Shown here piece after piece: positions 18,749-28,020 of a stretch of 64,000 bases of DNA. Source of the DNA: Gammaproteobacteria bacterium (GTDB lineage: Bacteria > Pseudomonadota > Gammaproteobacteria > CAJXQU01); assembly GCA_965238175.1 (NCBI GenBank), contig CBDEGZ010000003.1, positions 1,408,001 through 1,472,000 on the forward strand. Reading direction: 5' to 3'. How positions within the stretch are numbered: the first letter of the stretch is position 1; the number at the start of each line of letters is the position of its first letter. The translations under genes and the position numbers were made by a program. Below the pieces are notes generated by a model, which did no database searches, was not told where the DNA came from, and saw only the letters and a program-made list of their open reading frames with translations.

Positions 18749-19816
18749 ATGACTGTCCAGAATAATCTTACTGATATGCTCGGTATCGAATCGCCTATCA
18801 TACAAGCGCCAATGATAGGTGGGTTTACTGGTCCAGAAATGGTAGCAATGGTATCGAATTCTGGTGGCCTTGGTTGCTTTGCTGGCGGAAATTTACCGGT
18901 TAATAATTTGATACAACAATGCGAAGAAATCAAGAAGAAAACAAACAAAAATTTTGCTGTGAACTTGTTTGTCGGTAATCCACTCGTAGAAAAAAGTTAC
19001 AAACCGAATGTTTCAGTTCGTAATACTTTACAACCGTATTTTGATGAATTGGAAATTACTGAAGGAATTCAACAAGAGTACAGTTTGCCGACCAGCTCAA
19101 GTCTATCTGATCTGGTAGATGTTATCTTTGATTTAGATATACCAATCGTTTCATTTACTTTTGGTCTACCCTCAAAGGAGGTGATCTTAAAGCTTAAGAA
19201 GAAAAATGTAATAACGATTGCTACAGCAACAACATTACTTGAGGCAAAAATAATTCAAGATGCTGGGTTTGATGCGGTCGTGTTACAGGGTATAGAGGCA
19301 GGTGGGCATAGAGGAAGTTTTCCAGCAACTAAGGTTGCTGATTCTCAAGGATTAATATCTCTAATAGCCCAAGTTAACGCATCTTTAGCAATACCGATTA
19401 TTGCAACAGGCGGTATTATGAATGGATCAATGATATCGGCTTGTATGCAATGTGGTGCTGATGCGGCTCAACTAGGTACAGCTTTTCTTTTTACAGAAGA
19501 AGCAGATCTTGATAATGAATATCTTCAAGCATTAGGAGACTCTAATAATCAAACCTGCCTTACTAAAAGTTTCACTGGTAAGTATGCTCGGGTATTAAAA
19601 AATAGATTCACTGAGGAAATGGAAGGACTAGAAACAGCAAGTTTCCCGTATCAAAATATCCTAACTACGCCTATTCGAAAAAAAGCGACTGAAGTTGGAA
19701 AGGAAGATTTATTGTCTTATTGGGCTGGTCAGTCTGCATCCGTTGGACGTAAAGGTACTGTAAAGTGGCTAATGCAAACCTTAATTGAAGAACTGCATAC
19801 CGCACAAAATAAATAA
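18749..19816 (+). CDS. Nitronate monooxygenase (2-nitropropane dioxygenase) family FMN enzyme
   Basis: PIIQAPM, VSFTFG, QGIEAGGHRG, IATGGI, AQLGTAFL, WAGQ. Confidence 0.9.
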   Translation: MTVQNNLTDMLGIESPIIQAPMIGGFTGPEMVAMVSNSGGLGCFAGGNLPVNNLIQQCEEIKKKTNKNFAVNLFVGNPLVEKSYKPNVSVRNTLQPYFDELEITEGIQQEYSLPTSSSLSDLVDVIFDLDIPIVSFTFGLPSKEVILKLKKKNVITIATATTLLEAKIIQDAGFDAVVLQGIEAGGHRGSFPATKVADSQGLISLIAQVNASLAIPIIATGGIMNGSMISACMQCGADAAQLGTAFLFTEEADLDNEYLQALGDSNNQTCLTKSFTGKYARVLKNRFTEEMEGLETASFPYQNILTTPIRKKATEVGKEDLLSYWAGQSASVGRKGTVKWLMQTLIEELHTAQNK

Positions 19817-19909
19817 ATCCCAACTTATATTAGTAATTAGTCTCTGAAAGATTAATTGCTAAAGTCTTACCAATTTATTTAAAGTCTCATTATATAAATA
19901 ATTTCAGTT

Positions 19910-21115
19910 ATGGTAGATCTTGTATTACATAAAGCTGAAAAATATATCCAAGAAGATCTGGACTATTATTTTTCGAAGCAAAGGGACATGCATAACCATG
20001 TTCGACCTGGAAATGATCTCTATAGCTTAACCCCGGACTCTGATCATATTAATGTTAGTTTAGATGATGGGAAAATCGGAAATCTGTTTTTTCCATTTAC
20101 ACCTTTTTCATTGGAAAGAATTTATATCGGAATAAGTTTTCCATTATTTGCTAATAATTGGGGTACTTCTTTTTTAAGGTACTTACTAACGCGTATTAAA
20201 CCTTCGGGCTGTATCATAATGCCTGTCTATCCAGAAATGCAGGCAATAGAGAAAAATTATTGGTCTCGAAGTTTATTGGAAAATATTTTCTTAAGTAGAA
20301 CTCGCTGGTTAGGTATTAGTAATATACATGCAGAAAATGATGGTGTTATGTCACTACGAGTAGGCAGGAGGTGGCCACCCAATATCGTAAGTTGTGCTAA
20401 ATATCTTTTTTCACAAAATAGCAATATCTTACTTAGAGAAGAAATGTCTCAACGATTAGGTGAAAATTCTTTACATGATAATTTCTTAAAGTTACATGAT
20501 TCACATTGGAAAAATGTTACTACCAGTGCAGTTACAGAAAAGATTATTCACGATCATTTTGGAATGAAAAAAGAAGTGCAACTTTGTGATATTAGTGATA
20601 ATCACGGCTTATCAGCAATAGAATGTTTATTAAGTTCATATATAAACGTGGGTGGTGCCGTTTGTTATGTCAAAGATATTGATCCGTTATTAGATACAAG
20701 ATCAATTTCTGATCATTTTCATCATAAGGTTAAAGAACGGTTTGTAGTAAAGCCGACTATAGATTCTTCACTCGATGGTTCTGAATTATACGATGTAATC
20801 TGCATTACGAATATTATCAGCACGATGAAGAATTCTAAGCAGAAAAAGATCTTACAAAGATCTTGGCAAAAATTAAGTTCTGGTGGCTTGCTGATTATTT
20901 ATGAAAATACTGACGAACTGAATGACGGTATTAATTCTGATCAACTCGAAGTTATGCTTAGTGGCTTTGGTACGATTAGTTATTACTCGGATGAAGTTAC
21001 ATCCAGATTTATAGAAGGCGAAGAAATTTCACACTATTCTTCCATTATAGAAGAAGAACTTAAGCAGGAAATGGAAGATAAATTTCATGTTTTTCGAGTA
21101 GTTCAAAAACAGTAA
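19910..21115 (+). CDS. Hypothetical protein, possibly degenerate SAM-methyltransferase fold
   Basis: C-terminal YDVICIT...KLSSGGLLIIYE and N-terminal IKPSGCII resemble class I MTase motifs; no clear GxGxG. Confidence 0.45.
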   Translation: MVDLVLHKAEKYIQEDLDYYFSKQRDMHNHVRPGNDLYSLTPDSDHINVSLDDGKIGNLFFPFTPFSLERIYIGISFPLFANNWGTSFLRYLLTRIKPSGCIIMPVYPEMQAIEKNYWSRSLLENIFLSRTRWLGISNIHAENDGVMSLRVGRRWPPNIVSCAKYLFSQNSNILLREEMSQRLGENSLHDNFLKLHDSHWKNVTTSAVTEKIIHDHFGMKKEVQLCDISDNHGLSAIECLLSSYINVGGAVCYVKDIDPLLDTRSISDHFHHKVKERFVVKPTIDSSLDGSELYDVICITNIISTMKNSKQKKILQRSWQKLSSGGLLIIYENTDELNDGINSDQLEVMLSGFGTISYYSDEVTSRFIEGEEISHYSSIIEEELKQEMEDKFHVFRVVQKQ

Positions 21116-21137
21116 TTATTCGGAAATATTTTATATC

Positions 21138-22091
21138 TTAAAAATCTGCACTTTCTATTTGTAGAAAAATTAAACTAATATTTTTACCGAGCTCAGTTTC
21201 AAAACCATACCATTCTGAAAATTTATTCATCTTAGTTGCGACTTGATCTTTCATTTCAAAGTCAGATAAATCTTCTTCATAATAATATTTTACAGATTCA
21301 TAGAGTGTGTTTAAGTATTCCATATATAGCGCAACCACAGAAGCATCGCCACTGGGGCCGTGTCCTGGTACATAGTATTTGTTTGAAGTTTTAAGAATAT
21401 TTTCTAGTGCATTAATATTTCCAATAACATCACCTTCATCTAGTCTTGGCAGACGATTCAAAAAAGCATTATCACCTAAGAAGACTGTCTGATATTCAAC
21501 GGCTTCGATCATTATGTCGTTGTGTGTATGACTTTTATCATTATGGTGGATCCGGAAGGTAGTCTCTCCAATAACTATTTCATCACCATTTTCGACAGGG
21601 TGGGTAGGAACTTTGATTTGCGTACCTTTGCTTGCGTCTTTAGTTAACTGTCCCATTAGTGAAAGCCAACTAGTTCCTACGCCATTATTTAGACTTTCTA
21701 TCATTTTAGAATGTGCATAAATGGGTATATTCGGATATGCGTCAATAATGGCATGGTTTCCCAACCAATGATCACCATGCTCATGTGTGTTGAATACCGC
21801 TATTACTGGTAGCTGGCTGACCTGTTTAATATTTTTAAGCACCATCTGACCTATGGCTAAACTACTTCCAGGATCAATAACAACAACACCTTTTCTCACG
21901 ATTACAAAAGCAGGGTTATTGATGAATCCCTGGTTATCCGCATTTGGATCTGCCGTTGGACCATGGATGACATAAACATTTTCTGTAAGTTTTTCAGCAG
22001 TAATATTATTTAAAAATTCATTGTTGGCAAAAACAAGAGAAGGGAATATTACGGTCACAATTTTGATGGCTACTAATATTGTTTTTTTCAT
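21138..22091 (-). CDS. SoxH-like periplasmic MBL-fold metallohydrolase
   Basis: Signal peptide; VIDPG, THEHGDHWLGN, SHT, FLGD, VPGHG; divergent from soxC. Confidence 0.82.
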   Translation of the reverse strand: MKKTILVAIKIVTVIFPSLVFANNEFLNNITAEKLTENVYVIHGPTADPNADNQGFINNPAFVIVRKGVVVIDPGSSLAIGQMVLKNIKQVSQLPVIAVFNTHEHGDHWLGNHAIIDAYPNIPIYAHSKMIESLNNGVGTSWLSLMGQLTKDASKGTQIKVPTHPVENGDEIVIGETTFRIHHNDKSHTHNDIMIEAVEYQTVFLGDNAFLNRLPRLDEGDVIGNINALENILKTSNKYYVPGHGPSGDASVVALYMEYLNTLYESVKYYYEEDLSDFEMKDQVATKMNKFSEWYGFETELGKNISLIFLQIESADF

Positions 22092-22125
22092 AGAATTATT
22101 TTACTTAAAACTAACCAATAAGAAT

Positions 22126-22170
22126 TAAGGATATTTACGTATTCACAAATAAATTTCAAAGAGTTAGAAT
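22126..22170 (+). promoter_or_regulatory. Box TAAGGA-TATT-TACGTA + sigma70 promoter TTCACA-N17-TAGAAT (sox operon)
   Basis: Near-consensus -35/-10 with 17-nt spacer; box directly abuts -35. Confidence 0.75.
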
Positions 22171-22220
22171 TTATTTATATTATATGCATATATCAAAAAA
22201 GAATATAAGTGCGAGGTAGG

Positions 22221-23540
22221 GTGAAGAAAATATCTAAGGATACAGGCGAACTGCTCAAAGAAGTTAAACAAGAAGCAGCACAACTACCTCAGAAGAAAAG
22301 AAGAGATTTTCTTTTGAATGGCGTCAAACTGATTTCTGGTACTGCAGTAGCAGCCAGTGTCGGCAATGTTTTCGCAAACGAAAAATCGCTACCGCCTAAT
22401 GTACCAACATGGACACGATCATTAGGAAGAGGAGTTGTTTCAGTTCCTTATGGGCAACCATCTAAGTTTGAAGATGACGTTGTACGGCGTACGGTCTCCT
22501 GGTTGACTGCAGATCCAATTTCTTCAATAAGTATGACACCTCTTCATGAAATGAAGGGGATTATCACGCCGAGTGGTCTTGTTTTCGAACGATATCATGC
22601 AGGTGTACCTGAAGTTAATCCTGACGAACATAGAATCATTATCCATGGAATGGTTGAAAGACCTATTATTTTAACCATGGAAGAACTGATGGGTTTCCCA
22701 TCGGAATCGGTGATCAATTTTCTTGAATGTCCCGCCAATGGTGGTATGGAATGGCGCGGGACTCAAATGGAAGCGTTACAATTTACACATGGCATGTTGA
22801 GTTGTTGTGAATGGACAGGTGTAAAACTGTCCACACTACTAGGCGAAGTCGGGATCAAAAAAGAGGCAAAATGGGTATTGGCAGAAGGCGCTGATGGCGC
22901 GGCAATGACACGTAGTATTCCTATCGAAAAAGCGCTTGATGACACACTCGTTGTGTATGCACAAAACGGTGAGATGTTAAGACCAGAGCAAGGTTACCCA
23001 GTACGTTTATTTAATCCAGGTTGGGAAGGTAACACCAGTATCAAATGGTTGCGCCGATTAGAAATTGGTGACAAACCATGGTACCAACGAGAAGAAACTT
23101 CTAAGTACACAGATTTAATGCCTGATGGACGAGCTCGAAAGTTTAGCTTTGTTCAAGAAACAAATTCAGTTATCACATCGCCGTGTCCAGAACGTCCTAT
23201 GTTACGTAAAGGTGTGCATGAGCTTGAAGGTATAGCCTGGTCTGGTCGAGGCAAGATAAAAAGGGTGGATGTTTCATTAAATGGTGGTGTTTCCTGGCAA
23301 CCAGCGAGGTTAAAAGGATTGGTCTTATCAAAAGCAATTACTCGATTTAGCTTAGAGATAAATTGGCAGGGTGAACCACTATTACTACAAAGTCGATCAG
23401 TTGATGAAACTGGTTATATTCAACCGACACTAACGCAACTCAGATCAGAGCGTGGTAGTAACTCTATTTACCATAAGAACTCCATTCATACCTGGAAATT
23501 AGATACAGATGGGACGATTAGCAATGTACAGCTTGGTTAA
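22221..23540 (+). CDS. soxC: Sulfane dehydrogenase molybdoprotein subunit SoxC
   Basis: Tat RRDFL; GIITPSGLVFERYHAG, FLECPANG, RPEQGYPVRL, IKWLRR; GTG start with RBS GAGG. Confidence 0.95.
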   Translation: MKKISKDTGELLKEVKQEAAQLPQKKRRDFLLNGVKLISGTAVAASVGNVFANEKSLPPNVPTWTRSLGRGVVSVPYGQPSKFEDDVVRRTVSWLTADPISSISMTPLHEMKGIITPSGLVFERYHAGVPEVNPDEHRIIIHGMVERPIILTMEELMGFPSESVINFLECPANGGMEWRGTQMEALQFTHGMLSCCEWTGVKLSTLLGEVGIKKEAKWVLAEGADGAAMTRSIPIEKALDDTLVVYAQNGEMLRPEQGYPVRLFNPGWEGNTSIKWLRRLEIGDKPWYQREETSKYTDLMPDGRARKFSFVQETNSVITSPCPERPMLRKGVHELEGIAWSGRGKIKRVDVSLNGGVSWQPARLKGLVLSKAITRFSLEINWQGEPLLLQSRSVDETGYIQPTLTQLRSERGSNSIYHKNSIHTWKLDTDGTISNVQLG

Positions 23541-24510
23541 AAAAATCAGACTATTAGTCGTTCTTTTTTTAGGAATAGGAGTTTGGGCCTTGATAGGTAC
23601 TACTTCAGCAGTCTATGCAACTGATCCTGGATATTATGGTTTAGGACGTATAGCCACAGACGAGGAGATTGCTGGTTGGAATATAGATGTTCGTCCAGAT
23701 GGACAAGGTTTGCCGCCGGGTAGTGGATCCGTTGAAGATGGCGAAACATTGTATGAAGAAAAATGTTCAGTCTGCCATGGATTGTTTGGAGAAGGCGAAG
23801 GCAGATGGCCAAAACTTGCCGGCGGCTTTGATACATTATCTGAGGATAGACCAGAGAAAACAGTAGGGAGTTATTGGCCTTACGCAAGCACACTGTGGGA
23901 CTACATTCACAGAGCAATGCCTTTCACTCAGCCGCAATCATTGAGTGATGATGAAACATATGCAATCACTGCTTACGTTTTATATTTGAATGAGATTGTT
24001 GAAGAAGAATTTGTACTGACACCAGAGACTTTTAAAGAAATAGAAATGCCAAATAAAGATGGTTTTTTTATTGATCCTCGTCCAGATGTAATTAATTCAG
24101 ATTGCATGGAAAATTGTAAAGATCCAGAGTCGATAAAGGTAACTTCTGCAATTAAAGGTATTACTCCATTACAACACTTAGAGAAAAAAAATGGTGTTAG
24201 TCAAAGTGATAAGGCCTCTGCAGAAGAAAGTTCTGATCCAGAAAAAGAAAATACATCAGAACAAGGTGCCGCCATCTATCAACAGTCTTGTTCAGTTTGT
24301 CATGGACAGGGTGTCGCAGGTGCGCCTGTGACGGGTGAAAAGTCTGAATGGGAAGGCCGAATCGTTAAAGGAATAGACGTGTTAGTAGAGCATGCCATTA
24401 ATGGTTTTACTGGAGATGCGGGCGTAATGCCTGCAAAAGGTGGAAATGTTGGACTTACAGATGAGGAAGTTAAACAAGCCGTTGAAAGTATGGTTGAGCA
24501 GAGTCGTTAA
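23524..24510 (+). CDS. soxD: SoxD diheme cytochrome c
   Basis: DVRPDGQGLP, two CSVCH, KTVGSYWPYA, AMPF; C-terminal c5-like domain. Confidence 0.93.
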   Translation: MYSLVKKIRLLVVLFLGIGVWALIGTTSAVYATDPGYYGLGRIATDEEIAGWNIDVRPDGQGLPPGSGSVEDGETLYEEKCSVCHGLFGEGEGRWPKLAGGFDTLSEDRPEKTVGSYWPYASTLWDYIHRAMPFTQPQSLSDDETYAITAYVLYLNEIVEEEFVLTPETFKEIEMPNKDGFFIDPRPDVINSDCMENCKDPESIKVTSAIKGITPLQHLEKKNGVSQSDKASAEESSDPEKENTSEQGAAIYQQSCSVCHGQGVAGAPVTGEKSEWEGRIVKGIDVLVEHAINGFTGDAGVMPAKGGNVGLTDEEVKQAVESMVEQSR

Positions 24511-24556
24511 AGGTTCGATAGAAATAGAGCATCAAATAAAAATAGAGAGGATGTGG

Positions 24557-24922
24557 ATGTTAAATCTAAAAATGAAGAACTTAACATGGTTAATACCACT
24601 AGTAGTTTTATGTTCATCAAGCCTTCCATCTGCTTTTGCATCAGATGATCAGGTAATAGCACAAGGAAAAGAAATTGCCTTTGATAGAAAAAAAGGCAAC
24701 TGCCTAGCCTGTCATATTATGGATGATGGAGAGTTGGCAGGTGTAGTCGGGCCTCCATTGATTGGGATGCAAGCGAGATACCCTGATAAATCAAAGTTAA
24801 GGGATCAAATTTGGGATGCAACAGTACGCAACCCATTAACGTCAATGCCACCATTTGGCCGACATAGGATGTTGACCGAAGAAGAAATAGATAAAGTCGT
24901 TGAATATATAAATTCTTTATAG
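24557..24922 (+). CDS. soxX: SoxX cytochrome c
   Basis: KKGNCLACH, GPPL, MPPFG; start inferred from RBS GAGAGG. Confidence 0.93.
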   Translation: MLNLKMKNLTWLIPLVVLCSSSLPSAFASDDQVIAQGKEIAFDRKKGNCLACHIMDDGELAGVVGPPLIGMQARYPDKSKLRDQIWDATVRNPLTSMPPFGRHRMLTEEEIDKVVEYINSL

Positions 24923-24952
24923 CGATTAGATAGGAAATATTGGAGAAAAATA

Positions 24953-25399
24953 ATGCTTTATAAACGAAGATTACTATTACGTAGTGTCGCTATGCTTAGT
25001 GCTATTGCGCTGATTCCGAAAACTGTTTTTGCTAAATGGTCAGAAGCATTTGACTTGGAAAATACAGATGATGCTTTGATGGGTTTATATGATAGTAAGG
25101 AGCTCGTAGAAAGTGATCAAATCCATTTAAAACTTCCAGAAATTGCCGAAAATGGTGCGGTAGTGCCGGTCAATGTTAAGACAGATTTAACTAATGTTAA
25201 TACGATAAGTATTTTTGCACAGAAAAATCCACAACCACTAGCGGCTTCATTTACTTTGCCTGAAGGAACAGCTGCAGATGTATCTATACGAATTCGTTTG
25301 CTTGAAACGATGAGTGTGATGGCAGTTGTAGAAGCAGATGGCAAGTTATATAGCACGCAGAAAGAAGTCAAAGTTACGATTGGTGGCTGTGGCGGTTAA
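24953..25399 (+). CDS. soxY: SoxY sulfur carrier
   Basis: Tat RR; PEIAENG; C-terminal VKVTIGGCGG. Confidence 0.97.
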   Translation: MLYKRRLLLRSVAMLSAIALIPKTVFAKWSEAFDLENTDDALMGLYDSKELVESDQIHLKLPEIAENGAVVPVNVKTDLTNVNTISIFAQKNPQPLAASFTLPEGTAADVSIRIRLLETMSVMAVVEADGKLYSTQKEVKVTIGGCGG

Positions 25400-25432
25400 T
25401 AATTTCGATCACGATTTATTGAGGATTTACAG

Positions 25433-25735
25433 ATGAAAGTCAAAGCAAAAATTAAAAAAGAGTTGGTTCTGGTTAAATTATTAGCTAAACACCCAATGGA
25501 AACTGGTTTGCGAAAAGATAAGAAAACGGGTGAAATTATTCCTGCACATTACATACAAGAACTTATTTGCAAGCATCAGGATAAAATAGTTTTTATAGCA
25601 AATTTTGGCCGGGCTGTTTCAAAAAATCCATATGTGTCATTTTCGTTTGCAGGTGGTAAATCGGGTGATCAACTGTCACTGAGTTGGGTTGATAATCTTG
25701 GTGAAACCGAAGCGGTTGATGTGGCAATAAAGTAA
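25433..25735 (+). CDS. soxZ: SoxZ
   Basis: HPMETGLRKD, IPAHYI, VSKNP, WVDN. Confidence 0.96.
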   Translation: MKVKAKIKKELVLVKLLAKHPMETGLRKDKKTGEIIPAHYIQELICKHQDKIVFIANFGRAVSKNPYVSFSFAGGKSGDQLSLSWVDNLGETEAVDVAIK

Positions 25736-25769
25736 ATGAAAAATGAGTCCACTAAGGGATCTTAATATC

Positions 25770-26606
25770 ATGAAAAAATTAATATTTTTATGCATAGTGA
25801 TGATCAGTTATGCCTCACTAGTGAATATAGTAAATGCAGAACCGGAATCTGATCTGGAAACAATGCAAAGTTATTTTAAAAACCGTTTTCCAGATGTAGT
25901 GATGGACGATTATATCAATGGCGTCTATGCGTTAGATGAGAACTCAAGATCACAATGGGAATCGATTGAAGAGTTTCCTCCTTATGAAATCGCAGTTGAT
26001 GAAGGTAAAGAATTATTTGAAACGCCATTTGCGAATAATAAAACTTATGCAGATTGTTTTGCGAATGGTGGAATTGGAATAAAACAAAATTACCCTAAGT
26101 TTGATCAAGAAAGTGGACAAGTGATTACTCTGGAACTGGCAATTAACAATTGTCGTGAAGACAATGGTGAGAAACCACTGAAATATGGAAAAGGTGAAAT
26201 CGCACTTCTTTCAGCCTATATGGCTTATACCTCTCGTGATGAGCTAATTAATGTTGAAATTCCAGACGATCCACAGGCACTTGCAGCCTATGAACAAGGT
26301 AAGAAATTCTTTTATTCTCGTCGTGGGCAGCTCAACATGGCATGTTCAACTTGTCATATATCAAATGCTGGAAACTTAATTAGAGCAGATATTTTAAGCC
26401 CAGCATTAGGTCACACGAGTCATTTCCCTGTTTATAGATCTAAATGGGAAGCTTTGGGTACCTTACACCGTCGATATGTGGGTTGTAATAAACAAGTAAG
26501 GGCAAAACCTTTCGCTTTACAAAGTGAGGAGTATAGAAACCTCGAATATTTCCATACCTATATGAGTAATGGTCTAGTTGTAAATGGACCAGGATCAAGG
26601 AAGTAA
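25770..26606 (+). CDS. soxA: SoxA (monoheme type)
   Basis: RRGQLNMACSTCH, FPVYRSKW, RYVGCNKQVRA, GPGSRK. Confidence 0.95.
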   Translation: MKKLIFLCIVMISYASLVNIVNAEPESDLETMQSYFKNRFPDVVMDDYINGVYALDENSRSQWESIEEFPPYEIAVDEGKELFETPFANNKTYADCFANGGIGIKQNYPKFDQESGQVITLELAINNCREDNGEKPLKYGKGEIALLSAYMAYTSRDELINVEIPDDPQALAAYEQGKKFFYSRRGQLNMACSTCHISNAGNLIRADILSPALGHTSHFPVYRSKWEALGTLHRRYVGCNKQVRAKPFALQSEEYRNLEYFHTYMSNGLVVNGPGSRK

Positions 26607-26610
26607 GCTA

Positions 26611-27000
26611 ATGAATATAAAATATTTACAAATGTCGATGGTCATTTTTTGTTCAGTATTTTCACTTGTATCTTGTTCAGAGTCTGACGAGAAAGGCGAT
26701 AGCGATTCTATGTCGGAAACAAGTGAGATGAGTAAGGTAGTTGAAGAAAAAATTTCAGAAAGTATCGATATAGATGAGCTTGTTAAACAAACTGAACAGA
26801 CTAGGGAACAAGCGGACAAATTGGGTTTTGAATGGAGTACGACTAAATCCTTAATTGATAAGGCTCATGCTGCAATGAAAGAGAGTAACAGTGAGCTTGC
26901 AGTATCATTGCTTCAAGAAGCAAAAGTACAGTCTGAACTAGCAATTAAACAGGCACATTATGCCAATGAGCATTGGCAGTCATACGTACCAAAAAATTAA
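26611..27000 (+). CDS. soxK: SoxXA-binding protein SoxK-like (lipoprotein signal)
   Basis: Position after soxA; A..LGFEWSTT..LI..A helical motif; LVSC lipobox. Confidence 0.65.
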   Translation: MNIKYLQMSMVIFCSVFSLVSCSESDEKGDSDSMSETSEMSKVVEEKISESIDIDELVKQTEQTREQADKLGFEWSTTKSLIDKAHAAMKESNSELAVSLLQEAKVQSELAIKQAHYANEHWQSYVPKN

Positions 27001-27038
27001 TCCATAAACAATTACGAATCTAAGAAAGGGAGCGAGAT

Positions 27039-27701
27039 ATGAAGATCAGATTAATAAGTATTTTTTCAGTAATATTAACATTTTCTATGGCAGGAAATGT
27101 TTCAGCGGCTGATGAACCTAAGGTGCATATTACACCAGAACTTGCGCATGTTGAAGTTATGCATAATGGTGAAAAATCTACCATTATGCGAAACCAGAAT
27201 ACGAAGAATACAGTTAAATCAGACTATGCGTTAACATCAAGAGCATGTCCTCCATTCTGTATTCGACCTATTGAATTAGCACCAGGTATAGAAACGTTAG
27301 GTGAGTTAGAAATCATTCATTATATTAAAATGAAGAGTGATGGGGATGATTCAATTTTAGTCATCGATTCAAGAACTCCAGATTGGGTTGCAAAAGGCAC
27401 TATTCCAGGTTCGATCAATATTCCATGGACGCATCTAGATACAGCTAAAGGGGCAAGTCCATTTGATATTGCAGAAATATTACAGGCAAAATTTGGCGTG
27501 GTAGAACAAGAAGGTCTGTGGGATTTTTCTAAAGCCAAAACACTAGTACTTTTTTGCAATGGAATGTGGTGTGGTCAATCACCTAGAAATATTTTGTCGT
27601 TATTGAAGTTTGGTTATCCTGCAGAAAAAATAAAATGGTATCGAGGTGGCATGCAAAATTGGGAAGCATTGGGTTTATCCACTGTTAAACCAGTGTCTTA
27701 A
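27039..27701 (+). CDS. Periplasmic rhodanese (SoxL-like sulfur transferase)
   Basis: Signal peptide; CPPFC, IDSR, TIPGSINIP, FCNGMWCGQS, YRGG. Confidence 0.85.
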   Translation: MKIRLISIFSVILTFSMAGNVSAADEPKVHITPELAHVEVMHNGEKSTIMRNQNTKNTVKSDYALTSRACPPFCIRPIELAPGIETLGELEIIHYIKMKSDGDDSILVIDSRTPDWVAKGTIPGSINIPWTHLDTAKGASPFDIAEILQAKFGVVEQEGLWDFSKAKTLVLFCNGMWCGQSPRNILSLLKFGYPAEKIKWYRGGMQNWEALGLSTVKPVS

Positions 27702-27716
27702 ATTAAGCGACATCTT

Positions 27717-27925
27717 TATACCTGCGATATTTGGAAATGCGTATTTTAGACGACTCCAGGGATAGAGTCGGTAGAGCGATGCAGGAAGCCAGAGCGGAGT
27801 GTATCCCTTTTTCTTCAGGGCAAGGCGTGACGATGTGCATGGCCGCCCCCTGCAAAGAGGAGCAACACTGCCATGGATGAAAAGGAACCTGCTATAAATA
27901 GGCATTTCCAAATATCACGGGTATA
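27717..27925. mobile_element. ERIC-like MITE with ~33-bp imperfect terminal inverted repeats
   Basis: TATACCTGCGATATTTGGAAATGCGTATTTTAG ... CTATAAATAGGCATTTCCAAATATCACGGGTATA; TA ends; GC-richer non-coding interior with nested hairpins. Confidence 0.7.
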
Positions 27926-27948
27926 TATAGTAAAAATTTACTGTTCTT

Positions 27949-28003
27949 CCCACTGCTCGAATGACTTCACACCTACCCATTCTTGTGAGCAGTGGGCTTT
28001 TTT
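27949..28003 (+). terminator. Terminator-like hairpin upstream of soxB
   Basis: CCCACTGCTC / GAGCAGTGGG perfect 10-bp stem followed by CTTTTTT. Confidence 0.55.
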
Positions 28004-28020
28004 ATCTTTTTATAACCACT

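Noticed and set aside
27675-27911. 78-aa minus-strand ORF
   Set aside because: Lies within the MITE-like palindrome; no coding features
27961-28020. N-terminal extension of SoxB given in the ORF track
   Set aside because: Overlaps the terminator-like hairpin; the Tat motif places the start at 28021 or 28033
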